64,000 nucleotides of DNA from an uncultured Chloroflexia bacterium (GTDB taxonomy: Bacteria > Chloroflexota > Limnocylindria > Limnocylindrales > CSP1-4): NCBI GenBank assembly GCA_963752475.1, contig CAVVYR010000008.1:96001-160000 (forward strand), read 5' to 3'. Shown in pieces: positions 59,733 to 64,000 of this stretch. The notes beneath the pieces are model-generated. The model had not been told where the DNA came from, made no database searches, and was given only the letters and a program-made list of their open reading frames with translations. The position numbers were made by a program, and so were the translations under genes. The stretch's first letter is position 1. Each line of letters opens with the position of its first letter.

Positions 59733-60482
59733 CTACTGGGCGAGCGGGGCGACACAGGCCTCGACCGCGGTGGTGACATCGACCACCCACGTGTCACCCA
59801 GCTCTAGCTCTGGATGGGTGACCCCCAGCTCGTAGACGAGAGAGCTGTCGGGCCCTTGGATCAGACGAGCCAGGTCGGCGTGGTGGTTGCTGGGCTTGAC
59901 GACCCCGTCACCGCCCACGTAGATGTACTGCCGCACGAGGTAGGCCGATCCATCGGAATAGTCAGCCACGGCCACCGTGCAGGCTTCCGGGTCCTGCTCG
60001 CACCACGGCTGCTGCTCGGCGACCCGCTGGCCAAGGTCTCCGAACAACGCCTGGGCCTGGTGTCGGTCGGCGATGCTGGTGACCTTCAGGTTGGCACGGA
60101 TGGTGCCGCTGAGATCTACTGAGACGTGGGTGGTCTGCCAGTCACAGACCAGGCCCCCATCAGCCTCGTATTCGACTCCGGAGGGCCACGTCTTCGACAC
60201 GTAGATGTCGTTGCGCGCGCTGGACGAGTCATCCAGCAGCGGGATGTCCACGCCGACACAGGCACAGTCGTCCACCGTGAAGGTATGGGTCGCTCCTGTC
60301 GGGTCCGGCTCCGCGGCAGGCGCTGGTGTGGCTGGGGCCGGGGGGATGTACGTGAACTCCTCCAGCTCGATGTTCGGAAGCGCTTCGAGGTAGTTCGCAA
60401 CCTCGACCCAAGGGGGGTCACAGGCTACGGCGGTGACAAGAAGCGAACCTGACAACATGGACGATGCGACGAGACGCCGCAT
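59733..60482 (-). CDS. Hypothetical Cys-rich lipoprotein
   Basis: MRR plus hydrophobic signal with lipobox AVAC; six further Cys; GAGGAGAGG upstream. Confidence 0.6.
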   Translation of the reverse strand: MRRLVASSMLSGSLLVTAVACDPPWVEVANYLEALPNIELEEFTYIPPAPATPAPAAEPDPTGATHTFTVDDCACVGVDIPLLDDSSSARNDIYVSKTWPSGVEYEADGGLVCDWQTTHVSVDLSGTIRANLKVTSIADRHQAQALFGDLGQRVAEQQPWCEQDPEACTVAVADYSDGSAYLVRQYIYVGGDGVVKPSNHHADLARLIQGPDSSLVYELGVTHPELELGDTWVVDVTTAVEACVAPLAQ

Positions 60483-60699
60483 TGTTCCCCCCATCGAACC
60501 TCTCCTCCTGGGTCGTCCGATCCCTAGCAGCTGCGTCGAGCGTAGTCCCCTCGGTTTCCATCTGCCCCGCGAAGTCGTCGGCCGGTACGCGGGTGACGTG
60601 GCCCAGTTCAGGTCGACCGCCAACCTCACCCCAGCCGATGAGGACTCGCAGGACGTGAAGCTGCGACCGGCTCCGCGACGCGGGCCTAGACTCGCGGCG

Positions 60700-61701
60700 A
60701 TGCCGATCTACCAGCAGGCCGAGCGCCCACGTCCGGACGACGACTTCGAGCCGGGCACGTTGCGCCACCTCACGCCAGGCGTGCGCGGGCGACTGCTCGA
60801 CCCTCGCCGGACACCGGTCTCGGTGGCCGCGGTTCGGGTGGCCACGGGCTTCGTCGACATCCGTATCGAGGGCTTCGAGGATGCCGGCGCCATCTGGGAG
60901 ATCCCGCTCGAACAGGCCGGCCACTTCCAGTTCGAGCCCGAAGGGCCAGGCGCGACCGACGCTGAAGTCGCCGAGATGGAGGCCGCCATCGAGCGGCTCT
61001 CCGGACGGTTGGCTATCGAGGCTGAGCCCGAAGACCAAGGGCGGACCGAGGCGCGCATCGCCGAGCGACAGGCCGAAGCCGCAGGCTGGCTGGAAAGCCA
61101 CTCGCGCTTCCTGGCCGAAGGGCGAGCCCTGCCCCACCCGTCGACACGCCGCGGTGATCCGGTGCTGGCCGCCGACCTCGAGGCCTGGATGCGCGAGCGG
61201 GAGCTGTGGGACCTCGAGGTTGCGCTCACCCGCGTCTTCGTCAGCAACCCCGGATCGGGCGAGGTCGTGAAGGGCCACCGCATCGTGCTCGCCGAGCTCG
61301 GCCTCGCTGACTACACCGGCGGGGTCGTGCGAAGTCCGACCACGTTCGAAGGCCGCTGGTCGCGTGAACGCCGCTCCGAGCACATCGTGGCGCGGCTCGC
61401 CTTCGTGCGTTCGCTCTTGGGCCGCCTCGGCCTGCGTGAGGTGACCGTCTGGCGGGGCGTGTCGCTCGAGGGCCGCCTCGAACCGCGGCCCGGGCGCACG
61501 TTCGTCTCCACCACGTTCGCAGAGGAAGTGGCGCGAGATCACTTCGAGAGCGGCGAGCCCGAGTGGACGCACGTGCTGGTCCGCCAGGAGCTGCCGAACG
61601 AGCGGTTGTTCATGACCTACCACGAGACCGCGGCCATGAACGGCATCTTCCTCGAGGCGGAAGCGGTGTTACTCGCTTGTGTCCACGACGGTTGGCCCTA
61701 G
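60700..61701 (+). CDS. Hypothetical protein with C-terminal R-S-ExE ADP-ribosyltransferase-like motifs
   Basis: VTVWRG, FVSTT and LEAEAVLL in ART order; TAGACT -10 box 7 nt before the ATG. Confidence 0.6.
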   Translation: MPIYQQAERPRPDDDFEPGTLRHLTPGVRGRLLDPRRTPVSVAAVRVATGFVDIRIEGFEDAGAIWEIPLEQAGHFQFEPEGPGATDAEVAEMEAAIERLSGRLAIEAEPEDQGRTEARIAERQAEAAGWLESHSRFLAEGRALPHPSTRRGDPVLAADLEAWMRERELWDLEVALTRVFVSNPGSGEVVKGHRIVLAELGLADYTGGVVRSPTTFEGRWSRERRSEHIVARLAFVRSLLGRLGLREVTVWRGVSLEGRLEPRPGRTFVSTTFAEEVARDHFESGEPEWTHVLVRQELPNERLFMTYHETAAMNGIFLEAEAVLLACVHDGWP

Positions 61702-61710
61702 ACTCGGACC

Positions 61711-62367
61711 ATGAACGCAGAGCGAGACCTGGCCACCATCGAGTACGAGGCCTGGCGCATCATCGAGCTTGGCCGCCAGACGCCCGATCGTGAGGTGCCG
61801 CAGTACCCGACCTGGTCGCTCACGGATCTGGTCGTGCACGTGGCGCGCGTGCACGGACGGACCGCGACCATCTGCCGGGACCTGCCTCAGGAACGGATCT
61901 CGCGCCCACGCCTGCCCGATGGGGTCGACCCGTTCGAGTGGGCTTCCCTGCAGCTCTCGGACATGCTCGAGGAGCTGGCGGACGCCGACCCGGCTGCGGA
62001 GGTGTGGACCTATGTCGACGATCCCGCACTCGGCTTCTGGATCCGACGCATGGTCATCGAGACGGGCCTCCACCGCTGGGACGCACAGGGCGCCGCTGGT
62101 GAGGCTGAGCCGCTGCTCGATCGGGTCGCGAGGCACGGCCTGAACGAGTTCGACCAGCTCTACCTGCCACGTCTGGGCGAGGTGCAGCCGGTCCTGCTGC
62201 ATGCCATCAACCTGGAGCGCAGTTGGCGAATGGGCGACGGCGAGCCGACGGCTGTGGTCGAGGACACGGCATCGAACCTGTTCCTGCGGCTGATGTCTCG
62301 ACCGGGAGCCTCATTGCCAGACGACTGGGAGACCGCGGTCGATGCCCTCGCGCCGCCCCCGAACTAG
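61711..62367 (+). CDS. MDMPI/DinB-like maleylpyruvate isomerase family protein
   Basis: VPQYPTWSLTDLVVHV..VH and RRMVIETGLHRWD motifs. Confidence 0.85.
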   Translation: MNAERDLATIEYEAWRIIELGRQTPDREVPQYPTWSLTDLVVHVARVHGRTATICRDLPQERISRPRLPDGVDPFEWASLQLSDMLEELADADPAAEVWTYVDDPALGFWIRRMVIETGLHRWDAQGAAGEAEPLLDRVARHGLNEFDQLYLPRLGEVQPVLLHAINLERSWRMGDGEPTAVVEDTASNLFLRLMSRPGASLPDDWETAVDALAPPPN

Positions 62368-62379
62368 GCTGGTCCAACG

Positions 62380-63798
62380 ATGCGTCGCAGCCCGCAGCTG
62401 CTGACATATCCCGACTCGCTCGGCGGCACCATCGCGGACGTCACACGCCTGCTGCGTGGCCCGCTCGCCGGGGCCTTCGCCGGTGTCCACATCCTGCCGC
62501 CGTTCCCCTCCTCGGGCGACCGGGGCTTCGCGCCTATCGACTACCGCCGCATCGAGCCGCGGTTCGGCAGCTGGGACGACATCGCCGATCTCGGTCGCGA
62601 CCACGACGTCCTGCTCGACCTCATGGTCAACCACGTGTCCCGCAGGTCGGCCGAGTTCACCGACTTCCTGCGGCACGGTCGGGCGTCCGAGCACGCGGAC
62701 CTGTTCATCACCCTCGACAAGATCTGGCCTGACGGTGATCCGCCGGCCGACGACGTCGCGCGCATCTTCCTGCGCAAGCCGGACGATCCATTCTCGACCT
62801 TCGACATCGGGGACACCGGCGAGACCGAGACCATCTGGACCACGTTCGGCTTCGGAGGGCGGGTCGAACAGATCGATCTCGACCTCACCTCGGAGGCCAC
62901 CCGCCGGCTCATCGATGGTTGGTTCGAGTGGTTCGCGGGCCACGGCGTGGCCATCGTCCGGCTCGATGCGGTCGGCTACGTGGTCAAGAAGCCCGGCACC
63001 AGCTGTTTCATGGTCGAGCCCGAGATCTACGAGGCCCTCGACTGGCTCGTCAGCGCGGCGGCCGAGCACGACCTCGTGGTCCTGCCCGAGATCCACGATG
63101 TCTACGAGACACATCGGAAGCTGAGCGCGCGCGGCTATTGGACCTACGACTTCGTGCTGCCGGGCCTCCTGCTCCATTCGTTCAGGGCGCGCGACGCGAG
63201 CCGTCTGGCCGAGCACCTGGCCGACTCGCCCCATCGGCAGTTCACCACGCTCGACTGCCATGACGGGATCCCCGTGCGACCCGATCTCGAGGGCATCCTG
63301 AGCCACGAGGAGATGTCAGACCTGGCCGATGACCTCGTGGCCAAGGGCGGCAACGTCAACCGCATCCTCGGTGACCCCGGTGACGGTCCCGACGTGCATC
63401 AGCTCAACTGCACCTACTACTCCGCGCTCGGCGAGGACGACGAGCGCTACCTCGCGGCGCGGGCCATCCAGCTCTTCGCGCGCGGTGTGCCCCAGCTCTA
63501 CTACGTGGGCCTGCTGGCTGGCGCCAACGACCTCGAGACCGCCGAGCGCACCGGCGAGGGTCGAGCCGTCAACCGCCACGACTACACCACTCGGGAGATC
63601 GAGTCGGCCCTGGAGCGTCCGGTGGTGCAGCGGCTGCTCGAGCTCGTGCGCCTGCGCCACGAGCACCCCGCGTTCGAGGGTGAGCTCGAGGTCACCGACG
63701 AAGGTCAGGGCCTGCTTCGGATGACCCGGATCCATGGCCGGCTCGGCATCGAGCTGACGGTCGACCTCGCTACTGGCGAGCACGAGATCACGACCTAG
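62380..63798 (+). CDS. gtfA: GH13_18 sucrose phosphorylase family enzyme, probably sucrose-6F-phosphate phosphorylase
   Basis: LLTYPDSLGG, HILPPF, RLDAVGY, LPEIH, LDCHDGIP and DVHQLNCTYYSAL motifs. Confidence 0.88.
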   Translation: MRRSPQLLTYPDSLGGTIADVTRLLRGPLAGAFAGVHILPPFPSSGDRGFAPIDYRRIEPRFGSWDDIADLGRDHDVLLDLMVNHVSRRSAEFTDFLRHGRASEHADLFITLDKIWPDGDPPADDVARIFLRKPDDPFSTFDIGDTGETETIWTTFGFGGRVEQIDLDLTSEATRRLIDGWFEWFAGHGVAIVRLDAVGYVVKKPGTSCFMVEPEIYEALDWLVSAAAEHDLVVLPEIHDVYETHRKLSARGYWTYDFVLPGLLLHSFRARDASRLAEHLADSPHRQFTTLDCHDGIPVRPDLEGILSHEEMSDLADDLVAKGGNVNRILGDPGDGPDVHQLNCTYYSALGEDDERYLAARAIQLFARGVPQLYYVGLLAGANDLETAERTGEGRAVNRHDYTTREIESALERPVVQRLLELVRLRHEHPAFEGELEVTDEGQGLLRMTRIHGRLGIELTVDLATGEHEITT

Positions 63799-64000
63799 GC
63801 GCGAAGGCGGTCGAGCCCCCGCGTGGTGATCAGCCGCGCATCGTGCGTGATGCCGGCGGCGTCGTAGCCGGGCAGGGCCTCGACCCAGCGTAGCCCCTCG
63901 CGGCCCATCGCGAACGCGGCCGTGGCATAGGCGTCGGCACGCGCGAGGTCAGGGCCGGCGACGGTGACGGTCAGCAGCTCGTCGGCGGCCTGACCCGTCT
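63795..64000 (-). CDS. apbE: FAD:protein FMN transferase, C-terminal part (5' end outside window)
   Basis: Manual translation gives ...TVTVAGPDLARADAYATAAFAMG...GLDRLRA*. Confidence 0.8.
   Translation of the reverse strand, partial: TGQAADELLTVTVAGPDLARADAYATAAFAMGREGLRWVEALPGYDAAGITHDARLITTRGLDRLRA

Overview
This 64 kb window is high-GC bacterial DNA; the gene style suggests Chloroflexota or Actinomycetota (inference). It holds about 60 CDS and no rRNA, tRNA, CRISPR array, integrase or transposase that I can see. The main feature is an ~18 kb sugar-catabolic regulon (13951-32177). It encodes an RbsABC-type ABC importer, two FGGY kinases, L-fucose-isomerase, SIS, RpiB and TIM-barrel isomerases, a Zn dehydrogenase, a VOC protein, an orphan UroD/MtaA-family enzyme and a SorC-family repressor. 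It also encodes two paralogs of the class II DXP reductoisomerase (DRL/DXR-II) family, which suggests an undescribed branched-chain sugar/polyol pathway. Its two operons share nearly identical promoter and tandem palindromic operator architecture. Other highlights are a surface protein with 71 tandem PTPE repeats, a thiol/metal-stress region, a vapBC module, a likely sucrose-6-phosphate phosphorylase, and an unannotated protein with an R-S-ExE ADP-ribosyltransferase signature. The stress region contains CoADR-rhodanese, cysE-cysK, DsbB, Acr3, a four-domain cupredoxin, a two-component system with DosR-like boxes and an ECF sigma fused to a ZAS zinc finger. Seven reading-frame breaks are all net +1, which points to sequencing or assembly errors rather than true pseudogenes. 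All family calls come from motif recognition by eye; no database searches were run.
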